DNA from: an uncultured virus (IMG/VR IMGVR_UViG_3300020379_000594)
Taxonomy: Duplodnaviria > Heunggongvirae > Uroviricota > Caudoviricetes
Reading direction: 5' to 3' (one strand)
Length of the DNA: 64,000 nucleotides
Virus record (IMG/VR): IMGVR_UViG_3300020379_000594
Shown piece after piece: positions 18,769 through 28,833 of this stretch (positions are counted from its first letter, which is position 1; each line of letters begins with the position of its first letter). The position numbers were made by a program, and so were the translations under genes. Below the pieces are notes generated by a model. The model searched no databases. It was not told where the DNA came from and saw only the letters and a program-made list of their open reading frames with translations.

Positions 18769-19587
18769 ATGGCAAAACCCAATAGTAAAGACGGATTGAA
18801 AGAATATGCTCTTAGGAAACTTGGAAAGCCTGTTCTTGAGATCAATGTTGACGATGATCAGATAGATGATCTAATCGACGATGCCATCCAGTTGTTTCAT
18901 GAAAGACATGGTGAAGGTATTGATAGAGTATTCTTAAAGCATAAGATTACTGAACAAGAGAAACAAACCATGATTGGTGTTGCTTCTACTACAACTGCAA
19001 CCAGCACTGCTGGCGGCATTGCTTCTATCGACTATACAGAGGGTGCAAACTACCTTCCACTACCTGATACTGTTATTGCAGTCAATAAGGTATTTAAAAT
19101 GGACTCATCCACCATCTCGGCGGGTATGTTCAATATCAAATATCAGATCTTCCTTAATGATTTATACTACTACGGAGCGATCGATTTATTGAACTATGCC
19201 ATGACAAAATCATATCTAGAAACTCTAGATTACATGTTGAATCCCGATGTTCAAGTAAGATTTAATAAGAAGAACAGTAGATTATACATGGATCTGAATG
19301 TAAAAGAACTAACTGATAATAATTTCTTAATTATAGACTGTTTTAGAGTTGTAGACCCAGAAAGTGAAAGCAATGTTTACAATGATCACTGGTTGAAGAT
19401 GTATGTAACGTCACTCATCAAACGTCAATGGGGTCAGAATCTCATTAAGTTCACTGGTGTTAAGTTACCTGGCGGATTAGAACTGAATGGTAGACAGATA
19501 TATGACGATGCAGTAGGAGAGTTAGAAAAACTCGATGAGAAGTTAATGCAAGAGTATGCAATGCCACCCCTAGACTTTGTTGGATAA
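18769..19587 (+). CDS. gp13: Neck protein gp13
   Basis: LKEYALRKLGKPVLEINVDDDQ, QWGQNL.KF.GV.LPGG..LNG; T4 synteny. Confidence 0.9.
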   Translation: MAKPNSKDGLKEYALRKLGKPVLEINVDDDQIDDLIDDAIQLFHERHGEGIDRVFLKHKITEQEKQTMIGVASTTTATSTAGGIASIDYTEGANYLPLPDTVIAVNKVFKMDSSTISAGMFNIKYQIFLNDLYYYGAIDLLNYAMTKSYLETLDYMLNPDVQVRFNKKNSRLYMDLNVKELTDNNFLIIDCFRVVDPESESNVYNDHWLKMYVTSLIKRQWGQNLIKFTGVKLPGGLELNGRQIYDDAVGELEKLDEKLMQEYAMPPLDFVG

Positions 19588-21876
19588 ATGCCTCTATCAC
19601 CTTTCTTTTTACATGGATCTCCAAGTGAACAAAGACTAGTTCAAGACTTGGTGAACGAACACTTAAAATTGTTCGGACAGGATGTATTGTATCTTCCTAG
19701 AAGAATCATCAATCAGAACACAGTAATCAGAGAGATTACTGCGTCTAAGTTTGACGATAGTTTTAGATTGGAAGCATACCTTACTAATGTAGATGGATTT
19801 GGAACTCCTTCTGATGTTCTGACTAAGTTTGGTGTTAGAGATCAGGATGAGATTACTCTTGTAGTATCTAAAGAAAGGTATGATGATTTTATTACTCCAT
19901 TCATAAAGCAGTTCCCAGAAGGGGAAAGGGCAAATGCGGCTCATCCAAATGAAGGAGATTTGATATATCTACCTCTTGACAACGCTCTATTTGAAATCAA
20001 ATATATTGAAAGAAAAGTTCCTTTCTACCAGTTAAATGAACTCTTCATGTATGAGTTTAGATGTGAGATCTTTGAACCAGAAGATGAAGTTATCGATCTA
20101 CCTGATGGACTTACTGATAAGAATGGTGAAGATGTGGATGATGGTATCATCACTCGCGGCAATATGATTACTCTTAGGTTAGAGAGAGATGATAACGAGA
20201 ACGCTTTAGCATATGTGTCTCTGGCATCTACAGTTCCAGGCGTGAAATCAATTCAACGCATACAACTAGTAGATGATGGTAATTACAAAGGAACTCCCTC
20301 TGTACAGATCTTCAAACCAACCAGAGGAAACCAAGCAACTGGTACAGTAACTATCGCTGAAGGTGGTATTGATACTGTATCTCTTACTGATGCTGGATCT
20401 AATTATCTCAGTGTTCCTAGTATTTCATTTACACCTCCAAACAAAACTACATCTGCTCAGATACAGTTTGGTAACAACTCACTCCATCATACATCTATAA
20501 CAGATGTAATTGGTGCTAACTTTAAGTTTACAAATAACGTAGATGCTAGAGATACTGGTGATGGTAGATTATCATTAAGTTTCTGGTTATATCCAACTAA
20601 GTTTGATCCAGCAGTGAATGGTGGAACTATCATGTGGACTGATAGATTTAAGATATACTATAGAGAAACAGGTAATATTATCTTTGCTTCTGGTTCTGGA
20701 TCTATTGAAAATACTACACAACTGAATCTAAATGCTTGGAACTTTATCAGAGTAGAACAGTACAATACTGATGCAACTATATCTGTAAATGGAACTGTAA
20801 GTAACAGTCTCAATACTGCAAACCCAATCATGTTCTTTGCAGGCGATCTCCTGAATTTAGGTGCTGATGCTTCAGGACAAGGTTTCATTCCTTCACAAAC
20901 TGCATCATGGGAAGGTTACTTAGACCACATCACTATTAACTTAACTGGTGATAATGCACTTAGAGGTTCTACTGCATCGCAAGTGCCAGGCACTGAAACA
21001 TCCCAGAATACAGATGCACAAACAGGAACCACTGCACAGTTCATTCGTAAATTAGATAATGAACTTCCTATAGTCAGAGCAACAACTGATGCAAATAGAG
21101 TTGTTTCTGCATTGACAATAGAATACGAGGGATGGGGATATACTTCAATTCCTATCATGACTATCGAACAACCAGATATAGGAACTCAAGCAACTGCTGT
21201 TGCAATTATGACAACTAGAGATGGTATTTCAAATCAAGCTATTGATAGAATCTTACTAACAAATCCAGGCACAGGATATACAACACCACCTCTAGTTGTA
21301 TTCAGTGGGGGTAGTCCTATATCTGGAGCGGCTGCCACTGCTATAGTTTCTGATGCAGTTTTAGGACCTATAGGAATTACTACTGGTGGTAGAGGATATA
21401 CGTTTACACCTACAGTTGGTATTACTTCTGTGTATATACAACAGTCTAACGAGACAATACCTCTCTTACAGAACGCACAGGCAGAGGCAATCATTAGCAC
21501 TGCTGGTACAGTTACAGAGATTAGATATAGTAATGCTGGTGCTGGTTATACTAATACAACCGCATATGTTGGTATCCAATCAGTAACAAGTGATTTCTTC
21601 GGAGAGTTTGAAATTGATGAGATAGTAACACAAGTATCTTCAGGCACAAGTGCATACGTTGCTAACTGGGATACTGCAAACAACATCCTCAAAGTTGTTG
21701 CGGCAAGTGGTGACTTTATAGTAGGACAAACAATCGTTGGTGCTGCTGCAAGTTACAGAATCCTCTCTACTGATGAGGAATTTAATGACGTTCCTTTCGC
21801 TGCAAATGACGAAATAGAAACAGAGGCAGATCAAATTTTAGACTTCACAGAAAGAAATCCTTTTGGGGAATTCTAA
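19588..21876 (+). CDS. gp14: Neck protein gp14 with large inserted domains
   Basis: N-terminal gp14 core (GQDVLYLPR, KFG...DE, PNEGDLIY.P...LFEI), C-terminal DFTERNPFGEF; 762 aa. Confidence 0.85.
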   Translation: MPLSPFFLHGSPSEQRLVQDLVNEHLKLFGQDVLYLPRRIINQNTVIREITASKFDDSFRLEAYLTNVDGFGTPSDVLTKFGVRDQDEITLVVSKERYDDFITPFIKQFPEGERANAAHPNEGDLIYLPLDNALFEIKYIERKVPFYQLNELFMYEFRCEIFEPEDEVIDLPDGLTDKNGEDVDDGIITRGNMITLRLERDDNENALAYVSLASTVPGVKSIQRIQLVDDGNYKGTPSVQIFKPTRGNQATGTVTIAEGGIDTVSLTDAGSNYLSVPSISFTPPNKTTSAQIQFGNNSLHHTSITDVIGANFKFTNNVDARDTGDGRLSLSFWLYPTKFDPAVNGGTIMWTDRFKIYYRETGNIIFASGSGSIENTTQLNLNAWNFIRVEQYNTDATISVNGTVSNSLNTANPIMFFAGDLLNLGADASGQGFIPSQTASWEGYLDHITINLTGDNALRGSTASQVPGTETSQNTDAQTGTTAQFIRKLDNELPIVRATTDANRVVSALTIEYEGWGYTSIPIMTIEQPDIGTQATAVAIMTTRDGISNQAIDRILLTNPGTGYTTPPLVVFSGGSPISGAAATAIVSDAVLGPIGITTGGRGYTFTPTVGITSVYIQQSNETIPLLQNAQAEAIISTAGTVTEIRYSNAGAGYTNTTAYVGIQSVTSDFFGEFEIDEIVTQVSSGTSAYVANWDTANNILKVVAASGDFIVGQTIVGAAASYRILSTDEEFNDVPFAANDEIETEADQILDFTERNPFGEF

Positions 21877-21900
21877 ATAGTTTCATAAAGTGCTAATATT

Positions 21901-22983
21901 ATGTTAACGAATCACTTCTATCATGAGATTATTCGGAAGACAATCGTGTCTTTTGGAACACTCTTTAATAATATAGAAATACAACATACTGACAAGTCAG
22001 GAAAGACAGTCAGTGTTATAAAGGTGCCAGTGTCGTATGGACCTCAGCAGAAATTTTTAGCTAGAGTGACTCAAGGTAGAGATTATCAAGATGGTGTTGG
22101 TACAACACTTACTCTACCAAGGATGTCTTTTGAAGTGGTTGGGATGAATTATGATTCGACAAGAAAGGTATCAACTATGCAATCTTTCAAGTCGGTCAAT
22201 AAGAAGACTAAAAATCTTGTTAAGACATTCATGCCAGTTCCATATAACATCAATATGCAACTGAGTATCCTTGCAAAATTGAATGAGGATGCGATACAGA
22301 TTTTAGAACAGATACTTCCTTACTTCCAACCAGCATTTAATCTTACTATTGATTTGGTAGATATCATTGGAGAGAAAAGAGATATGCCTATCACTCTGGA
22401 GGGGATCCAGATGGAAGATAACTATGAGGATGACTTCCTCACCAGAAGAGCATTAGTATATACGTTATCGTTTGTTTGTAAGACATACCTATTCGGACCT
22501 GTTAACAACAGTAGTGACGGACTTATCAAGAAAGTACAGACAGATTACTATTCAGAGACACAAAACATCAAGATCGCAACAAGGCAACAAAGATATACTG
22601 CTGTTCCTATTGCAGTCCAAGATTACAATACAGATGACACCGCTAGAACAAATGAGGTTATTGATACCACAGTAACGGAATTTAATGTCAACAGTGCAAC
22701 TCCATTCAATAAAGGTGATTACATACAAATTGATGATGAGAAGATGTTGATTAGAGGTGTATCTGGAAATAGACTAACAGTTAAGAGAGGTGAGTTTACT
22801 AGTGAAATTGTAGCACATGACATAAATATTCCTATAAATGTTATCAATGCTCAAGATGATACTCAAATCATCGAAAGGGTAGTTGAGTTTGGTGATGATT
22901 TTGGATTCGGTGAAACTGTCACAGATTACAAATCAGATGGAACTATCTACTCTGAGAGCCAAAGTAGGGACGTTGAAAAATGA
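21901..22983 (+). CDS. gp15: Tail sheath stabiliser / terminator gp15
   Basis: FYHEIIRKTIVSFGTLFNNI, KVPVSYGP, LPRMSF, QILEQILPYFQP. Confidence 0.9.
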   Translation: MLTNHFYHEIIRKTIVSFGTLFNNIEIQHTDKSGKTVSVIKVPVSYGPQQKFLARVTQGRDYQDGVGTTLTLPRMSFEVVGMNYDSTRKVSTMQSFKSVNKKTKNLVKTFMPVPYNINMQLSILAKLNEDAIQILEQILPYFQPAFNLTIDLVDIIGEKRDMPITLEGIQMEDNYEDDFLTRRALVYTLSFVCKTYLFGPVNNSSDGLIKKVQTDYYSETQNIKIATRQQRYTAVPIAVQDYNTDDTARTNEVIDTTVTEFNVNSATPFNKGDYIQIDDEKMLIRGVSGNRLTVKRGEFTSEIVAHDINIPINVINAQDDTQIIERVVEFGDDFGFGETVTDYKSDGTIYSESQSRDVEK

Positions 22984-23417
22984 TTGAAGATGAGAACTTC
23001 GACTCTATAGATGAGGCACTAGAGGTTTCTTCTGAAATAATACAGAAAGAACCTGTTGCCAAACCTACAAGAACTAGTCCTAAACACCTCAAGTCTGATG
23101 AAGAAGACGTAGAGAAGGACTACAAATATAGTAGAGCTCAGTTGTATTCTTTAGTAGAGAAAGGTCAAGAGGCAGTGGACGGTGCATTAGATGTTGCACA
23201 ACAGTCTGACTCTGCAAGGGCGTATGAGGTTGCTGGTCAACTTATCAAACACGTTGCAGATACAGCAGATAAACTAATTGATCTCCAGAAAAAAATGAAG
23301 GACATTGATGAGGTCAAAGAGAAGAATACTACCAATGTTACTAATAACTCTTTGTTTGTAGGAAGCACTGCTGACTTACAAAAGATGTTAAAACAAATGA
23401 AAAAGGACACCAAATGA
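22980..23417 (+). CDS. gp16: Terminase small subunit gp16
   Basis: DYKYSR, ARAYEVAGQLIK, NNSLFVGSTADLQK. Confidence 0.9.
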   Translation: MIEDENFDSIDEALEVSSEIIQKEPVAKPTRTSPKHLKSDEEDVEKDYKYSRAQLYSLVEKGQEAVDGALDVAQQSDSARAYEVAGQLIKHVADTADKLIDLQKKMKDIDEVKEKNTTNVTNNSLFVGSTADLQKMLKQMKKDTK

Positions 23418-23665
23418 AAAGTTTCAAATCAATCAACGAAGAAGGTAACTGGCAGAGATTGAATAAGTATGGTGCAACCTATACTATTACTTTTCAATTT
23501 AGAGGACAGACTAAGTTCATTCAGATGTTTTTTCCTCAAAGAGCACGACCCTTAAAAAAGAATGTTCAGTATGAATTGAACAAAGTATATCCAGGCAGTA
23601 AAGTCTTATACTTTGATGCCAGTGACAAAGACCCTACGAAACCCCTATTAGTAATTGACGCATAA
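23414..23665 (+). CDS. Hypothetical protein
   Basis: 83 aa ORF filling the gp16-gp17 gap, ATGA overlap with gp16. Confidence 0.6.
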   Translation: MKSFKSINEEGNWQRLNKYGATYTITFQFRGQTKFIQMFFPQRARPLKKNVQYELNKVYPGSKVLYFDASDKDPTKPLLVIDA

Positions 23666-23668
23666 ATC

Positions 23669-25327
23669 ATGCCTGATAATAATGTACAATACCTTGGAAA
23701 CCCTAATCTAAAAAAAGCAAACGTTGCTCAGAACTTTACAAAGAAACAAGTTGCTGAGTTTTTAAAGTGCGCTCAAGATCCTGTGTATTTTGCACAGACG
23801 TATGTACAGATCATCAACTTGGATGAAGGTCTAGTACCATTCAAGATGTATGACTTCCAAGAGAAGTTAGTTAATAATTTCCATAATAACAGATTCAACA
23901 TCTGTAAGATGCCTCGACAGTCAGGTAAGTCAACGACTGTGGTATCTTATCTGTTGCACTATGCCATCTTCAATGATAGTGTAACTATAGGTATTCTTGC
24001 AAACAAAGCTCAGACTGCCAGAGATCTACTAGGTAGATTACAAATTGCATATGAGAACTTGCCCAAGTGGATGCAACAGGGTATCATTGCATGGAACAAA
24101 GGATCTATGGAATTGGAAAACAAATCCAAGATCATTGCGGCATCTACCTCTGCATCAGCTGTTCGAGGTATGTCATTCAATATTATATTCTTGGACGAAT
24201 TTGCGTTCGTTGCCAACCATTTAGCAGATGATTTCTTTAGTAGTGTATATCCTACTATTAGTTCTGGTAAGTCTACTAAGGTAATTATTGTTTCTACCCC
24301 TCGTGGTATGAATCACTTTTACCGACTGTGGCATGATGCAGAACTAGGTAGAAATGAATACGTCACCACAGACGTTCACTGGTCGGAAGTGCCAGGCAGA
24401 GATGAAGCGTGGAAAGAACAGACGATCAAGAACACATCAGAAGCACAGTTCCGTGTTGAGTTTGAGTGTGAGTTCTTAGGATCTGTTGATACACTGATTT
24501 CACCATCTAAGTTGAAGTCTATGGTATATGATGAACCAATCAATACTGGAAAGAGAGGCGGTGAGATATATGAAAACCCAATAGATAAACACAATTATTC
24601 AATTACGGTAGACGTTGCAAGAGGTGTGGAGAAAGATTACTCTGCTTTCATTGTCTTTGACACCACTACATTTCCTTACAGGGTAGTTGCTAAGTATAGA
24701 AATAACACTATAAAACCAATGTTATTTCCTACAGTCATTCAAGAATTTGCTAAGGCATATAATAATGCTTTTATTCTATGTGAGGTAAATGACATAGGAG
24801 ATCAGATTGCATCGATACTTTTTTATGATTTAGAATACGAAAACGTTTTGATGACTGCTGTAAGAGGTAGAGCTGGACAAGTATTAGGACAAGGATTCTC
24901 TGGTAGTAAGGTGCAACTAGGAGTCAAGATGTCTAAGACTGTAAAGAAAATTGGCGCTTTGAACCTTAAGACACTCATTGAATCTGATAAGTTACTTATC
25001 AATGATTACAATATTATTGCAGAACTCACTACCTTTATCGAAAAAGCAAACTCGTTCGAGGCAGAGGAAGGTTGTAATGATGACCTTGCCATGTGTTTGG
25101 TCATATTTGCATGGTTGGTGATGCAAGATTATTTCAAAGAGATGACTGACGATGATATAAGAAAGAGAGTCTATGATGATCAAAGAGATCAGATAGAGGC
25201 AGACATGGCACCATTTGGATTCATAGCTGATGGATTGGAAGAAGAACAATCATTTGTAGATAACGAAGGAACTAGATGGAATGTAGATGAATATGGCGAT
25301 AGATCATACATGTGGGATTACCTCTGA
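23669..25327 (+). CDS. gp17: Terminase large subunit gp17
   Basis: PRQSGKST Walker A, FLDEFAF Walker B, STPRG, DVARG, DDLAM. Confidence 0.97.
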   Translation: MPDNNVQYLGNPNLKKANVAQNFTKKQVAEFLKCAQDPVYFAQTYVQIINLDEGLVPFKMYDFQEKLVNNFHNNRFNICKMPRQSGKSTTVVSYLLHYAIFNDSVTIGILANKAQTARDLLGRLQIAYENLPKWMQQGIIAWNKGSMELENKSKIIAASTSASAVRGMSFNIIFLDEFAFVANHLADDFFSSVYPTISSGKSTKVIIVSTPRGMNHFYRLWHDAELGRNEYVTTDVHWSEVPGRDEAWKEQTIKNTSEAQFRVEFECEFLGSVDTLISPSKLKSMVYDEPINTGKRGGEIYENPIDKHNYSITVDVARGVEKDYSAFIVFDTTTFPYRVVAKYRNNTIKPMLFPTVIQEFAKAYNNAFILCEVNDIGDQIASILFYDLEYENVLMTAVRGRAGQVLGQGFSGSKVQLGVKMSKTVKKIGALNLKTLIESDKLLINDYNIIAELTTFIEKANSFEAEEGCNDDLAMCLVIFAWLVMQDYFKEMTDDDIRKRVYDDQRDQIEADMAPFGFIADGLEEEQSFVDNEGTRWNVDEYGDRSYMWDYL

Positions 25328-25536
25328 TGGACTTAGACGATCCTATTTTATTCTTGCATGAGAGAAAGTGTAGAGTCTGTAATAGGACATACCCACTTAC
25401 AGAAGGGTTTTATCTAACCAGAAAGAGTAGAGGAGTATTGCCATCATCATATTCATATGAGTGCAAATCCTGTACTATTGATAGGGTAAAGAAGAAAAGA
25501 AAGAGAGAAAAACCAGACGTTTATCCTGACTGGTAG
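25327..25536 (+). CDS. Small CxxC...CxxC zinc-finger-like protein
   Basis: RKCRVC...FY...YECKSC; TGATG coupling with gp17. Confidence 0.6.
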   Translation: MDLDDPILFLHERKCRVCNRTYPLTEGFYLTRKSRGVLPSSYSYECKSCTIDRVKKKRKREKPDVYPDW

Positions 25537-25622
25537 AGGGTTCATGTACGATTTCCCCACAGAAAAGGTCATTTTTCTAAATAATAACAGATAAACAACT
25601 GAGATCCAAGAGGAACACGAAC

Positions 25623-28043
25623 ATGGCGCTTAATCTAGTATCTCCAGGCGTTAAGGTAAGAGAGGTTGACCTAACCGTAGGAAGAATTGACGGCATTGCT
25701 GATCAGGTAGGTGCTATCGCGGGACCTTTCGCAAAAGGACCTGTTAATACACCAGTATTGATCGAGACCGAAGCTGACTTACTTGCAACGTTTGGTAAAC
25801 CCTATACTGCCGATGCACAATACGAGTACTGGATGACTGCATCCTCCTACCTTTCATACGGTGGAGTTCTTAGAGTACTAAGAAGCAGCAACACAGAACT
25901 TTCTAACGCTAACGTGCCTGTTGGTGCTGCAGTTACCGACTTACAAGTCAATTCACAGGAAGACTATTATAACAATCATACGTCACCTACAACTTGGCAC
26001 TACGCTGCAAGATCACCTGGCTCTTGGGCAAACGATCTTAAGATCTGCACTATTGACGCACAGGCTGACCAAAGAGTCGCAATCGGTACAGAAGGATTAT
26101 CAGTTGGATTCGGTATTACCGCTGCGTTCTCATCTCAAGTTGCAAACACAGATGGAACAGTTGGTGTTCAAACAGGTTACTTAAAGGGTATCCTTACTGG
26201 AATCGGTAATGGTTTCGTTGATGTTAAGGTTGTTTCCAAACATAACGTTACTACAGATACTTGGACTGCCGTAGATTACGAGGAAGGATCTGAAATTAAT
26301 GCTTTCCAAGGTTATTCTCAGTCAATCTATACACAATTTGAAAATGCAGCTTACCAAGTAAACCATCCAAATAAATTAAAGATCTTTAATAGTTCTGGAC
26401 AATCTGTTCAAATCGAAAGAACTCAGTTCAACGCTGCAGTTGGTGTTGGTTCTACAGAGATTTCATTTGGATCAGATCTAAACACACTTAAGACTGCACC
26501 TGGCGACACAATCAGATCTCTTAACGGAAGTTACTCTGGTACTATTGTTTCCTATGCAACAACTGGTGGTCTTCCAGTTATCATCATGGACACTGCGGCA
26601 ACTGTTGCATTTGCTAACACATCATTCCAAGTAATGTCTGGTATCGATAGTGGTATCTACCTCAGAGAAGGTAACACTGTTGTTGACTGGTACAATCAAC
26701 AAACTCTTGGACTTACAAACCAAACTATTCGTTGGAGTCAGATTGCTTCTAGACCTTCAACTTCTGAATACGCTAAGGAAAGAAGTTCTAAGAATGACGA
26801 AGTGCATGTTGTCGTTGTTGATGACACAGGTAAAGTAACTGGTACTTCTGGTAATATTGTAGAGAAGTGGACTGGATTATCCAAGGCTACTGATGCTCAG
26901 ATTTCTCCTTCTACAAACATCTACTACAAAGATTACATTGCACAGTTCTCCAATCAAATCTTTGCTGGTGTTGCTCAGCCAGGTCTTGGTCTGAAGCATA
27001 CATCACTGGGTGGATACACAGTAGATTCAACTGGTGTTTGGGGACAACCAAGTCAAGGAATTACCTTTAACGGTGCAGGTCCTAATACATTCTCTCTAAA
27101 AGATGGAATGGATTACGGTGGACTTGAAAGATTCGCTTGCACATTAGGTGAAGTTGTTAGTTCTTATCAGGTTCTTGACAACCCTGCTGAATACTCAGTT
27201 AACTTCATCATTCAAGGTCCTTCAAGTGGTGTATCCATTTACGAAGCACAAGCTAAAGCAAACAAATTGTTATCTATCGCATCTACTAGAAAAGATTGCG
27301 TTGCATGTATCTCACCTTACAGAGACGGTGTTGTTGGTAAAACTGACACTGATAACCAAACTGCAAGCATCATACAGTTCTACGATAGTTTAACTTCAAC
27401 ATCTTACGGTGTATTTGACTCTGGTTACAAATATACATTTGATAGATTCAACAATACATTCAGATACATTCCTCTGAATGGTGACATTGCTGGATTGATG
27501 GCAAGAACTTCCATCAACTCATTCCCTTGGTTCTCACCCGCTGGTGCAACTAGAGGAACTATCAACAATGCAATTAAACTTGCATACAACCCATCTCAAG
27601 CACAAAGAGACGCTCTTTATCCTAAGAGAATCAACCCTGTGGTATTCTCTCCTGGCTCTGGTATTGTTCTGTTCGGGGACAAGACTGCACAGAAAGAAGC
27701 ATCTGCTTTTGATAGAATCAACGTTCGTCGTTTGTTCTTAACAATCGAAGGTGTTATCGAAAGAGCTGCAAGATCACAGTTGTTTGAGTTCAATGACGAT
27801 CTAACAAGAACTAACTTCTTGAACATCGTTGAACCATATCTCCGTGATGTCAAGGCAAAGAGAGGTATTACTGACTTCGTTGTAATTTGCGACGAAAGTA
27901 ATAACACTCCCGATGTTATCGACTCGAATACATTTAAGGCAGACATCTTCGTGAAGCCTGCACGTTCTATCAACTTCATTGGTCTAACCTTTGTTGCAAC
28001 TAGAACTGGCATCAGTTTCGATGAAGTAGTTGGTTCCGCCTAA
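25623..28043 (+). CDS. gp18: Tail sheath protein gp18
   Basis: SPGVKVREVDLT, PWFSPAG..RG, AFDRINVRRLF, KPARSINFI.L.FVATRTG. Confidence 0.97.
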   Translation: MALNLVSPGVKVREVDLTVGRIDGIADQVGAIAGPFAKGPVNTPVLIETEADLLATFGKPYTADAQYEYWMTASSYLSYGGVLRVLRSSNTELSNANVPVGAAVTDLQVNSQEDYYNNHTSPTTWHYAARSPGSWANDLKICTIDAQADQRVAIGTEGLSVGFGITAAFSSQVANTDGTVGVQTGYLKGILTGIGNGFVDVKVVSKHNVTTDTWTAVDYEEGSEINAFQGYSQSIYTQFENAAYQVNHPNKLKIFNSSGQSVQIERTQFNAAVGVGSTEISFGSDLNTLKTAPGDTIRSLNGSYSGTIVSYATTGGLPVIIMDTAATVAFANTSFQVMSGIDSGIYLREGNTVVDWYNQQTLGLTNQTIRWSQIASRPSTSEYAKERSSKNDEVHVVVVDDTGKVTGTSGNIVEKWTGLSKATDAQISPSTNIYYKDYIAQFSNQIFAGVAQPGLGLKHTSLGGYTVDSTGVWGQPSQGITFNGAGPNTFSLKDGMDYGGLERFACTLGEVVSSYQVLDNPAEYSVNFIIQGPSSGVSIYEAQAKANKLLSIASTRKDCVACISPYRDGVVGKTDTDNQTASIIQFYDSLTSTSYGVFDSGYKYTFDRFNNTFRYIPLNGDIAGLMARTSINSFPWFSPAGATRGTINNAIKLAYNPSQAQRDALYPKRINPVVFSPGSGIVLFGDKTAQKEASAFDRINVRRLFLTIEGVIERAARSQLFEFNDDLTRTNFLNIVEPYLRDVKAKRGITDFVVICDESNNTPDVIDSNTFKADIFVKPARSINFIGLTFVATRTGISFDEVVGSA

Positions 28044-28089
28044 CTCACTAACCATTTACTAAATACACAAGAAGAGGTCTCAAAAGATC

Positions 28090-28785
28090 ATGGCAAATCC
28101 CAATACACCTAAACTAGAAACTAGAACCCTCGACGACTTTAAATCGAAGCTCGTCGGTGGTGGTGCTAGACCCAATTTGTTTGAGGTTGAACTTAACTTC
28201 CCAGGCGCTCTTGGGGAGAATAGTTCAGGCGGTGCTAAAGAGTTAGCTAAATTTCTAGTAAAAGCTGCAAACCTCCCTGCATCTAACATCAACGTAATTG
28301 ACGTTCCTTTTAGAGGAAGAAATTTGAAGATTGCTGGAGACAGAACATTCGATGTCTGGACAATCACAATCATCAACGATACTGATTTCAAAATCAGAGA
28401 TGCTTTCGAGAGATGGATGAACGCAATCAACAAACATGATAACGCAACTGGTGAAGTAACACCATCTGAGTATCAACAGGATATGTTTGTCAATCAAATA
28501 GGTAGAGCTCAAGAGGTAGAAGGTTTCAAACTTAAGCCTGCTGATGCTCCATTACCAGTTCTCAGAAAGTACAAGTTCCACGGAGTATTCCCAACTAACA
28601 TTAGTGCTATTGAACTTTCATACGATCAAACAGATTCTATTGAAGAGTTCACAGTGGACCTACAAGTCCAGTGGTGGGATGTATTCAATGGTAAAGGACA
28701 AAACGTTTTCGGCACTAAGGATAACAAGAGTGAAGGTAGTGGTGCTTCCAGTCTTTCCGACTTAGTATCCAGTCAGTCTGAATAG
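28090..28785 (+). CDS. gp19: Tail tube protein gp19
   Basis: GGARPNLFEV, VPFRGR.LKIAGDRTF..W, IEEFTV. Confidence 0.95.
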   Translation: MANPNTPKLETRTLDDFKSKLVGGGARPNLFEVELNFPGALGENSSGGAKELAKFLVKAANLPASNINVIDVPFRGRNLKIAGDRTFDVWTITIINDTDFKIRDAFERWMNAINKHDNATGEVTPSEYQQDMFVNQIGRAQEVEGFKLKPADAPLPVLRKYKFHGVFPTNISAIELSYDQTDSIEEFTVDLQVQWWDVFNGKGQNVFGTKDNKSEGSGASSLSDLVSSQSE

Positions 28786-28800
28786 TCCTTAAGAAAGACT

Positions 28801-28808
28801 TATAAATA
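28801..28808 (+). promoter_or_regulatory. T4-type late promoter for the portal gene
   Basis: Exact TATAAATA; further exact copies at 30530-30537 and 54605-54612. Confidence 0.75.
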
Positions 28809-28833
28809 ACTGGGAACAGCCCAGTAGTGATTA

